DNA from: Moniliella sp. 'wahieum'
Lineage: Eukaryota
NCBI GenBank assembly: GCA_003971905.1
Contig: RSEE01000006.1
Coordinates: 372,001 to 436,000, forward strand
Reading direction: 5' to 3'
DNA length: 64,000 nucleotides
Program-made: the position numbers and the translations under genes
The notes under the pieces: generated by a model
What the model saw: only the letters and a program-made list of their open reading frames with translations
Databases searched by the model: none
What the model was told of the DNA's origin: nothing
Shown here: positions 39,789 to 53,941 of the stretch, piece after piece
Numbering within the stretch: the first letter of the stretch is position 1
Layout: each line of letters begins with the position of its first letter

Positions 39789-42700
39789 ATGCCCGCCTCC
39801 ACTCCGCCCCCGCCGCCCCTCCCCTCGCGCGCTCTGCCAGCCTCCGCGACGCCGCCCCCCGCGTCACCTTCCATGTCCCGCCTGTGCGCGCCTCCACCAC
39901 CTCCACCGCCTCCTCCTCCTCCTCCCCCCCGCCGCCGCCGCCGCCCCCGCGCCCCGCCCACGTCACCCTCCGCAGCCCCTCTGCCACCCGCTCCCTCCCC
40001 CCGTCCCCAGCCTCATGCCCCTCCCTCCCCCCGATCTGCCCTCCGACGACAGCAGCCCTCCCCACCACCTACCCCGCCGCCACGCTCCCCATCGCCGCCA
40101 CCCCCACCACCATCACCACCACCGCCGTCACTCCCCCGCGCCCGGCATCCCACGCCGCGCAAGCACCACCAGCGCTCCGGCCCACCTCGCCCCCGACTGG
40201 TCCCACAAGCGCAAGGCCGCTGCCCTCGAGCTCCTCCAAACCGAGCGCCGCTACGTCGCCGGCTTGACCCTCATTGAGCGTGCCTACTACCAGCCGCTGC
40301 GCATGGCCTCTTTGGTCTCCCCTGCCTCCCCCTCCATCCCTACAGCATCCTCTTCCAGCGCCTCCCCCATCCCCCGGTGCTGCCTCTGCCTCCTCCCACT
40401 TCGCCACCGCCCCTTCTTTCGGATAGTCCCGGCGGTGGGTTTAGCGCCATGGCAAAATCCATTCTTGCCCATGAGCCACGGCCGTCGCTGCCCCTGCCTC
40501 CGTGCCCCTCTGCTCCTGCTCTTCCACCCGAAACGTTGCGTGCGATTTTTGCCAATTTTGATCGCATCCTGCTTCTTAACAACCGCTTTCTTACTCTCCT
40601 CGAAGCTCGCCTGGCCCCTTCTGGTGAGGTAACTTGGGATGCTCAGATGGGCATGTTGGGCGACCTGATCAGCCAGATCGCCCCTTCCTTTTCCATTTAT
40701 GCCGAGTTTGTCCGCAACTTTGGCTCTGCTCTCAACCGAATCGAAGAGGAACAACGCGCCTCCCCTGCACTCGCTGCCTTCCTGCAGCGTGCCGAGGCGC
40801 CTGTGTCCGCGTTCAACCACCGAGCCTGCGAACGGTTTCCATGCGGCGTACCGCATCCCACACCCCTTCGTCCTCAGCCAGCACCCTCGACCCATCCTCC
40901 CCTCTTACCCCACCCGACCCCCCATTGCCTGCCACGTCGTTCTCCGCCCCATCGTCGTCTAGTGTCCCAGGAGTCGGGCTTGGGTTCCAAGCTCACTTGC
41001 TCAGCATTGTCCAGCGCATCCCGCGCTACCCCTGCTGGTTCAGGCGCTCCTCAAGGCTACCCCGCCAAGCCACCGCGATTCCCCCCTTCTCACCCATGCC
41101 GCCGAAATAATTGACCATGGTACGTATGAGATCCATACTGTCGGTTCCATTGAGAAAAACGTGCACGCTAAACTAACCCTTTGATAGTTGCCTCTCGTAT
41201 CAACGAGGCCATTCGCTCCCACGAAGCCGCGCTCGAGCTAGTAACCATTCAACGGTCGCTTCACGGCCTCCCTTTGCCTCTGGTCGATGAAAATTTTGTT
41301 TCGGCCAACAGTGCGGGTGGACCGGCGAGTTCCGGACGACAGCTGGTCGCACGTGGAACGCTCTGGAAGTCAACCCGTAAAAATGTCCAGCCGCGTGCGT
41401 TCTTTTTGCTATCGGATTCTCTTGTCTATGCACGGCCCATGCTTGATTCTTCTGCCCTCACGCGATGGCCAACGGCGTTGGGTCGGTACCTGACGGGCTC
41501 CCCTTCAGGCTCCCCGAGCGGCGGTGGTGGCGACCCCGTCCCCACATCCTTTCCTGATGAATACGGTGTTGTGTACACCCGCGGGCCACCACCGCCACCA
41601 TCGATGGCGGAGTGGCAGCCCCTCCCCTGTCAGCATGCTCTTCCTCCTCTTCGTCCTCGGCATCGGGCTCCTCGAGTCCATGGTCGCCGGTAGACCTATT
41701 TGCGAGCCAACCGCTCCTCTTCCGGGCCCGATTCGATCTGGCTGAATGCACCCTTGTGGCTATTGATGATCGGATCAGTGGCCAACCTTCCGGCCCCAGC
41801 GACTGGGGGGCAGCATTTGACCCGCCTTTGACTGACCACCCTGCTCTCCCGCGCTCTCGGACGACTAGTCGCACCCGTACTACTTCTACTGCCTCAGTTC
41901 GCATGTTTTCCCCTCCTACTTCTGCCACGCCTCCGCCGCGCCCAGCTTCCTCGTCCGAATCATGGCACTCGGGTCAGTATGCGTTTGAGCTACGCACTCC
42001 GAAAAAATCGTTTGCCATCTATGCTCCCGATGCAGACACCAAGAAATGGTGGATTGACAAGATTCGATCGACCCGGACCGAGTATTTGCAAACCAAGCGA
42101 CGATTCGAATCTTCTTCTCCGCCTGTGCCTCCGCCTTCGGCGCCATCACGCTCTCTGTCGTTATCCTTGCTCCCCAGGGGCCCGAGCCCCCTAGGGCCGG
42201 ACGCACCCCCTTCCCCCCCCGCCCTACGACGGGTTGGCGAAGCCGCCCAGCATCGTACGCATCGGCCACAACCTTGGCATCGATCGACGATGCGCCGACG
42301 GAGGAGTGAGTGGTATTTCGCCCATCCATCCATGGGGTCCGGACCGGATCGACACAGTTCGATCGCCTCCCTATCGTCCGGCGCGCTCGAGACGCTCAAT
42401 TCGTTCTTCACTCGCCGCGCCTCGGATGATACCCCGCCCAGTGGACGTCGCAGCGTGCCCCCCGGACCTTTGGGAAGGGGGTCCAGCTCGCCCGCGCCGC
42501 CAATGTGGGTGCCTATGTTGGAAGAGTACAATGCACCGGTATGGGTACCGGACAATACGCGGGACACGTGTGCGCTGTGCAACGAACCGTTCTCCCTGTT
42601 TCGGCGAAAACATCATTGCCGCCTCTGTGGACGGGTGGTGTGTGGCACGTGTTCCACACGAAAGTTCGCCATTGCATCGTACGATGGCGAACGTAGGACT

Positions 42701-43670
42701 TCGGCCGCCTCCATCCCCGTTCTCCTGCCCCACACGGACTTGCCTCGGGTCCGGTGCACCTCGGAGCAATTTCTTGACCTGCCCGCTGGTCCTGGGGGCG
42801 GAGGCATGTCCAATGAGTTGGCGCGTGCGTGCGACTCGTGCTTTGTTGCCACCTTCCCCGAGTTTTGACGACTCGCCTCCGGCCACGTCGGGCCACGAGA
42901 TGAGCAGGAGCATGGGAGCGAGCTCGGGTGTCGGCTTGGGTGCGCCCAGCGGCGGTAATCTGACCATTGGCGCCCGCTCCACCTCCCTTTCCCATCCGCA
43001 GGGGGAACGCATTCGCGTCGCCTCCTCCGTTTCCGCTCAAGCTCACTTCCCCGCTACCCATCCGGAGAGCCCACCCGTCTGCAACGGTCCGGACGAAACG
43101 ATACGAGAGAGGGAAAATTCGGAACCCACCGAACCACCCCGCTGTAGCTGGGTCTGCACCCGATACGGACCAGAACCAAGTCGTCTTTCCCACCGTCGAC
43201 TCCCCCGCTACCCGCCCCTCGTCCCCATCCCCGCCTGTTGCGGCAGACGGAGAGAGGGGGCGAGGCCGGGAGAGGGAAGTGGAAGCAACCCCCGCCGTGC
43301 CTCTTATTCTGCGGCAGCGCTCCAGCCACGCTTGGCCGGGCAAAAGCTCATGGGCGGATCGAGGCTGGAGGCGTTGTTGCACCCTGGGCAGGTGCACGCC
43401 GCTACGTCGGGCACAGCCACCCTGCGCCTCAGCGCACCGCAAGGCCGAATCACGCCGGACGATTGGGACAGCCCATCGCCGACGTACGTCGCACCCTATG
43501 CTGCCCCAGCCAAGACAGTTGGGCCCGGCACGCCCAGCGGTCTTACCCTCTCATCGCCGCACCGAGGCACAGTGCCGTTCCCGGCGCTGCCGAGCCCCAC
43601 CCGCCCAAGGACAAGCCGAATGCGACAGCCTCCAGACGTTGCCCTCGCCGTCGCCCGCGGGCTACTTTGA
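39789..43670 (+). CDS. Rho-family GEF with DH-PH-FYVE architecture (FGD/frabin-like); intron 41120-41187
   Basis: DH KRKAAALELLQTERRYVAGL...AIFANFDRILLLN...AHLLSIVQRIPRY; PH RQLVARGTLWKSTRKNVQPRAFFLLSDSLVY...FELRTPKKSFAIYAPDADTKKWWI; FYVE WVPD..CALC..FSLFRRKHHCRLCGRVVCGTCS...RACDSC. The end may extend to about 44067. Confidence 0.9.
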
Positions 43671-44859
43671 TCTGCCCCTGACCGATGCCCCCGCTCGTCC
43701 GCGCTCCCCTGGCGCCGGCAGCAGCTCCACCGCCCTCTTAACACCTACGTTGACCGCGCGCGGGGGTGGGGGCGACGCAGGCGCCGCGTGGGCCCAGCTC
43801 CCGTACCGGTCCCTGGACCCACCCCCCCACCGGGCGACACCTCTACGCCACCCCACTCCACGGCCCATGGCGCATTCGCTCGGTGCCTACGTACCCCCCC
43901 GGCGGGTAGACCAACGGGCGGCGAACGAGAGCGACAAGGAGAGCGAGACGAGCACCAGGTACGACAACGTCCCCGACCCGTCTCGCATGCCTTTGGTCCC
44001 TCCCCCTCCTTCTTCCCCCTGCGCCAGCGCAACGTCTCCCTCGCGACGCCGTCCGTGTCGGGGGTGACGGCCAACCGGCCGATGCGCGTGTCGCAAGGCC
44101 AGGAAGCCGCGCCGCTCGCGCTGCGCCGAACCGTCACTGCCCACGACCTACCCTCCCGCTCCGCCTGGCGCCTGTCCAATCCCTTGGCCAACCACCTGTC
44201 GCCCGTGCCGGCCTCACCGGCCGAGCGTGAGCCTCTCCCGCGCCGACGCAAACACCTTTCTGCCGTTGCGCGCTTGACCAACGTGTACAATTCTTTTACC
44301 CGCGCCCCCGGCGCCGTGATGTGCCCGCACTCGTTTGGCTCCCCTCCTGGCCCCACCTCTGCGCTCGTCGGTCTCGGACTGGATTCGATTCTCGGTTCGA
44401 GGTTCGATCTGTTGCTACCGTTGGGGCCATCAGCGCTTTCAGTTGGATATCCCCCCCCCGCTCGCTTTTTTTGCCCGTTCTATACCCGGCCCCCGCACCG
44501 CGTTTTTGACCCCCCTCCCCCTCCCGCTCTCCACCCATCCACCCATCCACATCCACATCCATCCTCCTCGTACCACTTTCCCCGTACTACTTTCCCTTCC
44601 GGCCTGGTGGTCAACGGAAGCAGGATGCATGCATGGCAATGGGCTTTTTGTGAAGCTATGGCCCGTGTCAGATCAGCGTGTCGTTCCATTCCATCTTTGT
44701 TACCCCTTGTTTGCGCGAGAGTGTGTCGAGAGCTAAAGCGAGCGCACTCTGACGCTCTACCCGCCCGACCCGGACCACGTGCCATAGTCCATGCCATAGC
44801 CCATGCCGTAGTCCATACTATAGCCCCCACAGGCAAGCGGGACGGAGGGGTCACCCCGG

Positions 44860-47800
44860 TCACCTCAAGTGAGCTTGGGCGGCTTGCAAGGCGGCCTGCA
44901 AGCGCGCCAGTGCGGGCGAGGAAGGTTCGGCCTTGCTTCGTTTCGCGTGCCTGCGTTGTTCTGGAGGGCGGCAGGGTCGGGGATGTGGCGCGGCCGACCT
45001 GGTCGGCAGATCCGTTCGGTTGGGTGACCTTGCAAGGGTGGGGAACTGGGGGGCTGGCCCGACCCCGGGCGCAGGGGCTCCCTCTCCTCCTCCGCCCGCC
45101 GCGTCTCGTTTACGTTTGGTCAATGTGGTGGGGGGGGCAGTGGCCAGGTCGCCCGCGGCCTCGGCTGCGTTCTGGGCCCACTGGTGGCAAATGAGTTGGA
45201 ACGTAGGGTGCGAAGCGGGGGAAAAGGAAGAGGTCGAATGAGGTCGAAGCCAGTGCTCATCAAGGTAGCCCAGCGCAAGCGCTAGCAACTCATCTACCAC
45301 CCGGAAGAACGGGAACGGGTCTGTGCCGAAAGGAGAGAGAAAAGAAGAAGAACAAACAAGGTCCCAAGTCAGTTTGCCGCCACAGGCTACACCAGCACCA
45401 TCCAGTGACGTACCCATGCCCAGCATACGCCCCTCGTACTTCCCCCGCCACCAGTTCAAGGCCCGGGAAGAAGCGCGTTTGGAGAGCCGTGTTGACAGTG
45501 CGCAGAACCAGCGACCAAAGCGCTTTATCAGGAGTCGTACTCCCTTCCTCCAGCGCCACCAGGGGCAAATGCAGTGACTCGTCTTCGTCCATGAGCGTTC
45601 CGAGTGTTGCCACACCAGGGTTAACAGTAGGTTGGCCGAGTGAATGGCAGCGAGCCAGAGAGTGGAGACGTGGTGGACCGCCTCGCGCGCAACGGCCGGG
45701 TTGGTGCGTGACACAGTCACCATCTGATCCACAGACTGTTGCACGGCCAGTAGCGCAGCGCGCCACACGGCCAGCAGAGGCGAAGCAAGCGCGTGCACAG
45801 TCTTGGCCGTCACCTCGTCTACGGGGGCGGGGGGCGAGCTGAACTCGCCACAGCAGGTGGGTCAGACCAGCATCGAACAGTTGGGCAAGCATTTCGGGGC
45901 GGGGCCCGCGTCCGGCTCCACACGCGAAAAGGTAGGACGGGTACCCGGGGCCAAATGAACAAGGTGCACCTGGTCCACTCCACCTGGCCAGGCACCCACT
46001 TCGGGCTGCAGCCGCTCCAGCGTCGTCTGTTCCGCCCCGCGCCGGGCCAGGCGACAACCAGGAGCTTGGCGTACCACTTGCCGGGCACGCGCTGCGACTC
46101 GACATGCCGCGTCAACTCGCCAATCCGGCGACGCGTATCAGCCCAGGCCTGTACGCTGGCCGGCGAACATTCAACAATCGACAACAGTATCGAGGACTCC
46201 TCTGCTCCTCCATTGAGGGGACTGGAAGGAAAGGCGAGCACGCGCAACGAGTGATGCTTGTTGATGATCTGCAGCTCATCGTCCGCCAAGGCATTGCGCA
46301 GGTACGCCGACAGCGCCCCGCTCCCTCCTTCTTCCACGGGGGAAAAGCTGCACAGGGCATCCGTCTTCTTTGGCCACAAGTCAGCATACAAGTCGGCCGT
46401 ATCCCGTACCCGTTCGTACACGAGCAACGTAAACTGCCCAGTAGCCCAGAGCGCGTCGCGCAACTTGCGCCGCGCAGTGAACGCTTGGGCCAATTTCATA
46501 TCATCCACCGCCTCTACCGTCCCATCAATCTCCATCGCCCTCTCGTGAACCGGACGAGGCAGACGATGGACCTGCCTGCTCCTTTACCTGCTCGACACGG
46601 GCCAAAACCGCATTCCAGCGCTTGGTCGCCAACCGTTCCCGCCAAGCCGAAAACCAATGGGACAAGAGGTGAGCATTGCGGTACTTGATAGCCCTACAGC
46701 CGAGCACGCACGCTGCACCCCTTGCTCCACCGCACTGGGTACCATACGGTCATACAAGTTGGTAGCCAACCGCTGCAGATGCACGTTCATCGCACGCAGC
46801 TGGCCCACCTTGGCCGCCCGCTGGGAAGGCCGCTTGACGACAGACTGGGCCAGGCGCCCATAAATCCGGCCACAGAGCCGAGAAAGAAACTCCTGTTCTT
46901 GAGCTGCGCTCGGCCGCTGGGGCCTTTTCAGGGCCGGGACCGAGGCTGCAGGGGTGCGTGCCAGAGATGAGAAACTTGGTGTTGTCGTAGGCGGTACGGC
47001 AAGGGCGAAAAACCTTGGGTTCGCTGGTTACTGGTTTCGAGGGCAAAAAGCCTACACTAGGCTTAGGCGGGGGCAGGCGGGAAGCAGGTTGTGATCCTTG
47101 GGTATCGGGCTGAAGTGGTGTGACAGAAGGGGCACCACCAAAGAGTGGGAAGGAAGGCTTATTGGACTCTGGCACGGCATTGATAGAAGGAGCTTTAGGC
47201 TGGAATAACGTCGATGTCTAGGCGCTTCCGTGCGAGGAGAACTAGATGAAGGAACCACCCCAGGAGTTCCAAGTGTGTTCTCAGGCAACTTGGGAGGCTT
47301 AAAGCCAGCGGATGATGGAGCATGAACCTGGTCAGATGCAAAGGTGAAGAGCTTGGATGTGGCTGGAGCTGGAGATGGAGCTGCAGCTGGAGAAGGAGCC
47401 GAAGGCAGGGGCGTCTTCGGAACAGGCGCCGTTGCCCCCGGTAAAGGGGACGAGAACGTGGGTTGAAGCGGAGGCTGCGGCGGAACCGCTGGTGCGGGAG
47501 CCACAGAAGAGTGGATGCGGACGCAAAAGAGGTTGCAGCAGCTGGAGCTGGCGGAGTGAAGGCACTGGAGAACCCAGCAAATCCATTGTTAGGGCGAGTG
47601 GCTGCCGCAGAAAACGCCCCGGTTGTTGGTGGAGCCGAAGGTGCCTGCTTTGTCGCAGCCAAGGTTGGGGCAGAGGATGCCGGCACTGGGGCGCGCGGGA
47701 CGAATGAGTTGGCGAACGCGTTCAGTGTGGGCCGCGTTGCTGAAAGATCTGGACCTGCGGCTCCGTTCGCAAACCCAGAGCGTGACGGTGGCGTTGCGGA

Positions 47801-49243
47801 CGATGGAGGGGCAGAAACAGTGGAGGTGGCGGTGAATGAGAATGGCGCGGCGGTGGGCGGGCAGTTCCCGGGTTGTCGATGATTTCCTGGCAGCTCCTGT
47901 CCTTGCGCTTGCGTTCGAGGGCGCGAGAGAAGGGTGTCTTGATCGGCTTGCTGGCTGCAATAGGCGCATGAGCCAGCTCAAGGCGCTGCTCGCCGGTGCG
48001 CTCGTGGAGCATAGGGCGGATATCCAGCTGTTCTGCCAAGTCCATCACCTGTGCCTCATCGTCAAACCCCAGCGCTTGGGCGAGCCAGTCGAGGGGAGGA
48101 ACATCCTGCCGCCGCATGGTCCGCGCCAAGGACCGCAGTCCTGCTCGCCGAACATCGGCAAACAGCTCCTCGGCTATGCACCCCAGCAGGTAGTCCGTCT
48201 CAGGCCGAGAGACCAGAGAGAAGAACCGAGCAAAAAAGGCCAAGCCATGAGCTGGAAGCGAGACTGTGTCGGCCCGGCGCAAGGCAGCAGGATCACACCC
48301 CTGGATCAACGCTCGAATCTTCAGTGCAGTTTTCAGGGTCGGATGGGCGAGGACAGGCGCAGGCAAGACCTCCACCTCGCGTAGCGCTTCCGAATCGTAA
48401 GCGCCCAGCAAGAGCTGGTAGGCTCGGAATTCCCCCTCATGGGGCGAAACGGGAGCGTCCCGGTCCTGATCCGCAGGCGATCTTGACGACATCGTCGTAG
48501 TACTCGACAAGACTGCGCAACGTCTTCCTGAGCTGCTCAAGCTCCTGCTGCTGACTCCATGTGTTTTCCGCACGCGTTCCGTCCGCGTTGGCGGGCGGCT
48601 CAGCCATCTGGCCGTCGGCTTGAACAGATCCCGCGGAAGTGGAGAATGAGGATGTGATAACGCGCGATACGCTCGTGTGCCTCAATGGCTTCGGCGCCGT
48701 GGACATTCTGAACCACAAAGTCCTGGCGCACAGCGCGTGTTCGATTCCACACAAAAGCCTGGATCTCAGTGAAACGGGGGTGGAAAGGGTCGGAAGGCAA
48801 TAGGTCGTGAAAGAGGTAGTCCAAGTCTTGAGCAACACCGGAGGCGGTCGCACGTCTTCGGGCAAAGGCACTTCCCGTCCGGCAGCCGGTCGACGATAAA
48901 TCTTGACGGCAGGCGAGCCATCTTGTTCGAGCGGGTCAAGTTCGCGTTGCATCTCACGCTCCACCAGCTCAAAGGCCGGGCACATCGTCGTGCACGTGCC
49001 CACCAGGTTCTGGGCACCACCAAGTGACCTGGCTTGACCGGGATCCTGCATGCTCCCGTCGTTAATGAGGGCAGCGCGATGCGCTTCGCGCTCCTTCCGG
49101 AGGCGATGGAATTCGGCCTCGACTTGGGTGGCAGCGAGGGAGCCCCCGGCGGCGCTTTTCGACGCGCCGCCCAGAGCAAGGAAGCCTCCGAGTGATGGGG
49201 CAGCGCCCCTTCCCATGGCGCGGCCGTCCATCTTGGGCGGCAT
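44860..49243 (-). CDS. SAC3: SAC3/GANP mRNA export factor (TREX-2 scaffold), frameshifted
   Basis: LVGTCTTMCPAFE...AVKIYRRPAAG...PEDVRPPPVL...FVWNRTRAVRQDF...HERIARYHIL...QELEQLRKTL...EGEFRAYQLL, followed by an F-rich nucleoporin-like low-complexity region and a helical C-terminus. Confidence 0.88.
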
Positions 49244-49473
49244 CACGGGCGGCGGGAGCGGATGGTGGGAGTGGCAGTGGAGGTGGTGGTGCCTGGCTCG
49301 CCAGGGTTGCAATTGCAGATCCGTGCGAAAAATAGATTTTGCACCTATTTTTGGACTGGATTTCGCCGCCTGGTGTCAGTGAGAGCCTCTGTTTCGTCCC
49401 GCACCCACGCCTTTCGTTGATTTGTTTCTCCACGTCTCCAAGCGCCGGCCCCCACTTCGATACAACCAGCACG

Positions 49474-50144
49474 ATGCCATCTCCACGGGGGACAGCAACG
49501 CCTTCCCCACTGCGCCAAACATGCTCTGGAAGATCCTCCTGCAGAGGGAGGCCGCTGCCCTGCCCCCGACCGGGTGGACCGGCACCGAGATGGACCAGGG
49601 CGACGGCTTTATCCACCTCTCCACCACAGACCAGGTCCTGGGCACCCTCAACCGCTTCTATGGTCCCCCAATGAACGAGGTTGTTTTATGCGCCATCTCT
49701 CCCTCTGCGCTGCGGGCCGAACAGACCGCCCTCCTCAAGTATGAAAATGCCCCCGATGGAGCCGGCACCTTTCCTCACCTTATGCAGTACGTTCTCCCCT
49801 CTCCTTCCCGTCGTCCGACCCTCCCTCCTTTTCCCTCTTCATCTGCATCATCCATGCTTCAGAACTTGTATCATCAGCATTAAAATACCTTCTGTGTGAG
49901 GCCGATACTAATGTCCACTTGTTGCGTCAAGACGTTGGATCCCAAGACCCAGGTTGAGACATTCTGGAGCTTGAAACGCTCCGTTCCCAACCAAGCTTGG
50001 GACTGGTCGAACAAAGCCGTTTGGAGGGGCTGCTCAATTGGTAAGAGGCAGGAGCATGCCCTCAAATACCCTCGCCGTTTTGTCATCGCAAGTCTTGTTG
50101 TGCACCGTTGTAGTCTCCACCCAAGCTCGCAACTGTATCGTTGA
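49474..50144 (+). CDS. DUF952 family protein, spliced; boundaries approximate
   Basis: LWKIL...MDQGDGFIHLSTTDQVLGTLNRFY...LKYE...FPHL; intron donors GTACGT near 49787 and GTGAGG near 49896. Confidence 0.8.
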
Positions 50145-50920
50145 GCAAGAAGCTATGGTGTACCCCATGGCATGCATGACAGCATGTGTTTCATTAACAG
50201 TATAGCATTAAACCCGTTTGTCTTTGCGTCAGTCCACTTCACTCCGGCGATATGGCCTGGGTACTCGGCTAATAGTGATCCACGGTCGCGGTAGTGGGAG
50301 GGCTCAATTTGAGCGAACATACCTTGAGCCCGAGTGCGATCCCGCTGGCAATCAATTCCCGTGATCAATGATCGCCTCATAAGCCCCCTTCTCGCCCGAA
50401 GCGAGCATACCGCCAAATGAGGCATCCATACGAGGAAGGCCATCGAGCCCATCTAACTCCGAAAACGTCCAGTGCCAGTCCACATGTCTCGTGTCCATCG
50501 ACCCTCCACGACTGGCCATGTTGAGCAGACGCATCTGAAATCGTTTGCTGGTCTGTGCAGCTCTGTGTCGTGGCGTAGACTCACCAGCACCCCATGTATA
50601 AGGCGGATTGATCTGATGTCCTTGCCGGTTACCAAGGATGGCGAGCAAGGAAACAGAGACGAGCTCAGGAATGGGCGTCTATCATCGATGAGTGCAACTT
50701 GAACGTTCAGGCCATGTTGAAAGTGTCCATGCAAAATTCGCCTTCGATGGCGAGGGCTGACTCAGCAGGTTTACTAATACCGCAGTTCGCTTTCGCAGTT
50801 ACGAGACGCAGTACGTAATATGCTGGCCCCGTGCCGCCCCTCAGCGTTCCAAGCGCCAGCCCCCCGGTGGTCCGCCCCTGGCCACGACTACCTGCCCCCA
50901 CCACCACCACCCACCCCACC

Positions 50921-53576
50921 ATGGCTACCCGTGGACGCGATGGCGGTGCTGCCGGCAGCGGCGATTCGTACGAATCGCTTTTCCGCAGCGCGCCAGATGT
51001 CCCTGGTCCAGATCTATGTCCCTGGCGAGGTGGCCCATGCCACCGTCGCCGAGCTCGGCGGCCTGGCAACATGCAGTTCAAGGACCTGCTCCCAGACGTC
51101 CAGTCCTTCCAGCGGCCGTTTGTTGACGACATCAAGCGCCTTGACGACATGAATCGCCGTGTGCGCTTTCTCGAGATTGCATGACCAAGGAGGGGGGCCC
51201 ATCAAGCCCCTTGACCCGGCCGTGCCCGTCCTGATTGGGGGCTCCCGCCATTTCGCTGGGCACCCATGCCGGAGGGCCACAGGTAATGGACACGCTGTCG
51301 TCCGAGCTCAAGGAGGACGAAGATCGTGTTTCCAACATGAACAGCTCGTACGACACCTGGAGAAGCGCCTGGTTGAGCTGGAAGAGGCACGTCACGTTCT
51401 CCGTGAGACGGCCGTCTTTTTTGAGCAGGCCAACCCCTCGGGTGCCAACACTGTCGGCACCCGCATCTCGACAGATGATGCCAGTGCGCCTCTCTTGGAT
51501 GATCTCGAGTCGGGGCTGCAGCAGGTGCATGACAACGAATCCGCTTTGTCAACCTGGACCTCGAGTATGTATTTTGTCTCTGCTTGTGTGAACTTTGCCC
51601 CCACCATCATTTTTTTCTAGGTTCGTTGCCGGTACGATTGACCGCTCGCGCATGGCTACTTTTGAGCGGATTGCCTGGCGTTGCTCCGCGGTAACCTGTA
51701 CATGAACTATGCTGAAATTGCTGCGCCGTTCCACGAGCCGGGACGCGAGGACCCGGTGTACAAGAATGTGTTTATCATCTTTGCCCACGGTGCTGAGCTG
51801 TTGGCCAAGATTCGCAAGATCAGCGAGAGCATGGGGGGCACGCTTTACCCCGTCGACGCGAATGCCGATCGTCGGCAAGAAGCGTTGCGCGAAGTGACCA
51901 GCCGGATCGAAGATTTGGAGAGCGTGCTGTACAGCACTGCGGCCACCCGCCGCACCGAGCTGGCCAGTCTGGCAGAAAACGTGTCGGGATGGGGCGAGCT
52001 GGTGCGCAAGGAACGTCTGATCTACGCCACGCTCAACCTCTTCCAGCGCGACGCGAGCGGCAAGACGTTTGTGGCGGAAGGATGGGCCCCGACTGCCGAT
52101 CTGACGAGCATTCAGCTTGCTCTTCGCCGTGCCACCGAAAACTCGGGTACGGCCGCCTCGCCTGTTCTCCAGGTGATCCCCACGTCGGTGACGCCACCGA
52201 CGTACATGCGGATCAACAAGTTTACCGAAGGCTTCCAGGCGCTTATCACGGCGTACGGTGTTGCGTCCTATCAGGAGGTCAATCCGGGCCTTTTACTGTC
52301 ATCACCTTCCCTTTCCTCTTTGCGGTGATGTTTGGTGATGTGGGCCACGGTCTGCTGATGTTCTCCGCCGCGTTGGTTATGGTGCTGTATGAGGACAAAC
52401 TGGCCAAGGTGAAGGACGAAATTTTTGTCATGTTTTTCTACGGTCGCTACATTGTCCTACTTATGGGCGCATTTGCAATCTTTACGGGCACCATGTACAA
52501 CGACCTGTTCTCCAAGACGATGACCCTCTTTCGCCCGGTTGGACCTACCCACGGGCCGATGGGATGGTGGAAGCGCAACAGACTGTTTACCCCCCTCGGT
52601 CTCGACCCGAGCTGGCATGGGACTGACAACGCACTCATCTTTACCAACAGTTTGAAGATGAAAATGTCGATCCTGTTGGGTGTGGTGCACATGGTGTTTG
52701 CCATCTGCCTTCAAATTCCCAACCACATCCACTTTAAGCGGACCAAGATGATTGTTGCTGAGGTGGTGCCGCAGCTGCTGTTTATGTTGGCCCTGTTTGG
52801 CTATCTGAGCTGGACAATTGTGTACAAGTGGTCCATCGACTGGTGGGAGCTGGACCAGGACGGCAACCACATTCACCACAACCCGCCCGGGTTGCTGAAC
52901 ATGTTGATTTACATGTTCCTTGCCCCCGGATCGGTTGCCGAGGACGAGCAGTTGTACCCTGGCCAGGCCTTCCTGCAAGTTGTGCTGCTTTTGTTGGCGT
53001 TTGCCTGTGTCCCTTGGATGTTGGCTGCCAAGCCGTACCTGCTCTGGAAGGAGGCGACAGCGGCGAAACAGGCGGGCTACCATGCTGTTGGTTCTGCGGT
53101 GCCCCGGCCGACGACGAGGAAGACGAAGAGCCGAACGGGAGTCACCATCGCAATGGATCGGCCAATGGCGCGGCGGGCTCGGCCGAGACCACAGTGAGGG
53201 GGAGCACGAGGAATTCGAGTTGGGAGAGGTGATCATTCACCAGGTGATCCACGTCATCGAATACTGCCTTGGCTGCATTTCCAACACGGCTTCGTACCTT
53301 CGTCTGTGGGCCTTGTCTTTGGCGCACGCGCAACTGAGCGAGGTGTTGTGGAACATGACGCTGGCCATTGCGCTGCCCATGGAGGGCACGGCGGGTGTGA
53401 TCATGTTGACTGTCATGTTTGCCGTTTGGTTCTGCTTGACGATTGCCATCCTGTGCTTGATGGAAGGGCTGTCGGCCTTCCTCCATGCTCTTCGTCTCCA
53501 CTGGGTTGAGGCGGGCAACAAGCATTATGCCGCGGCAGGCTATCAGTTTGAGCCTCTTACCTTTGTCCTCGAATAA
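50921..53576 (+). CDS. VPH1: V-type ATPase V0 subunit a (Vph1/Stv1); intron 51565-51620
   Basis: [100 protein letters not shown] (essential Arg intact); [13 protein letters not shown]. Confidence 0.96.
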
Positions 53577-53941
53577 CGGGGTAAAGAAAAGCAGAGGCAG
53601 AGGCGTGGCTTGCTCACGTTTTTTTTCTCCACTGTGCAGGCACCTTTTTGTGGTCCAATGCATTTCCCACATTGTTTTCTCAGCAGCTGGTTGTTCAAAG
53701 TGTGTGTACGTATATTCGTAACGTCGTAACAGGAATCGATCGTAGCAAGAATCAGAGCAGGCAAGAAAGAATGGTCAAAGGGCGGGGGGCAAAGGGCAGG
53801 GGCAAGATGAGAACGTTTAGGCACAGAGGACGTGAGAAGAGCATGGCAAAACAGAGCAATCGTTACACGCATGCAAGGGTCGTAGGAGTCGAGGGCAAAG
53901 AGCGGCAGAGGCAGAGTACAGGCAAAGAGAGTGGAACGGCG

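Noticed and set aside
39789..43670. Naming the RhoGEF don1
   Set aside because: Same domain set, but orthology cannot be shown without a phylogeny.
50150..50760. Small spliced gene on the minus strand between DUF952 and VPH1
   Set aside because: GTGAGT and GTATGT donor-like sites exist, but I could not build a coherent ORF or recognise a domain.
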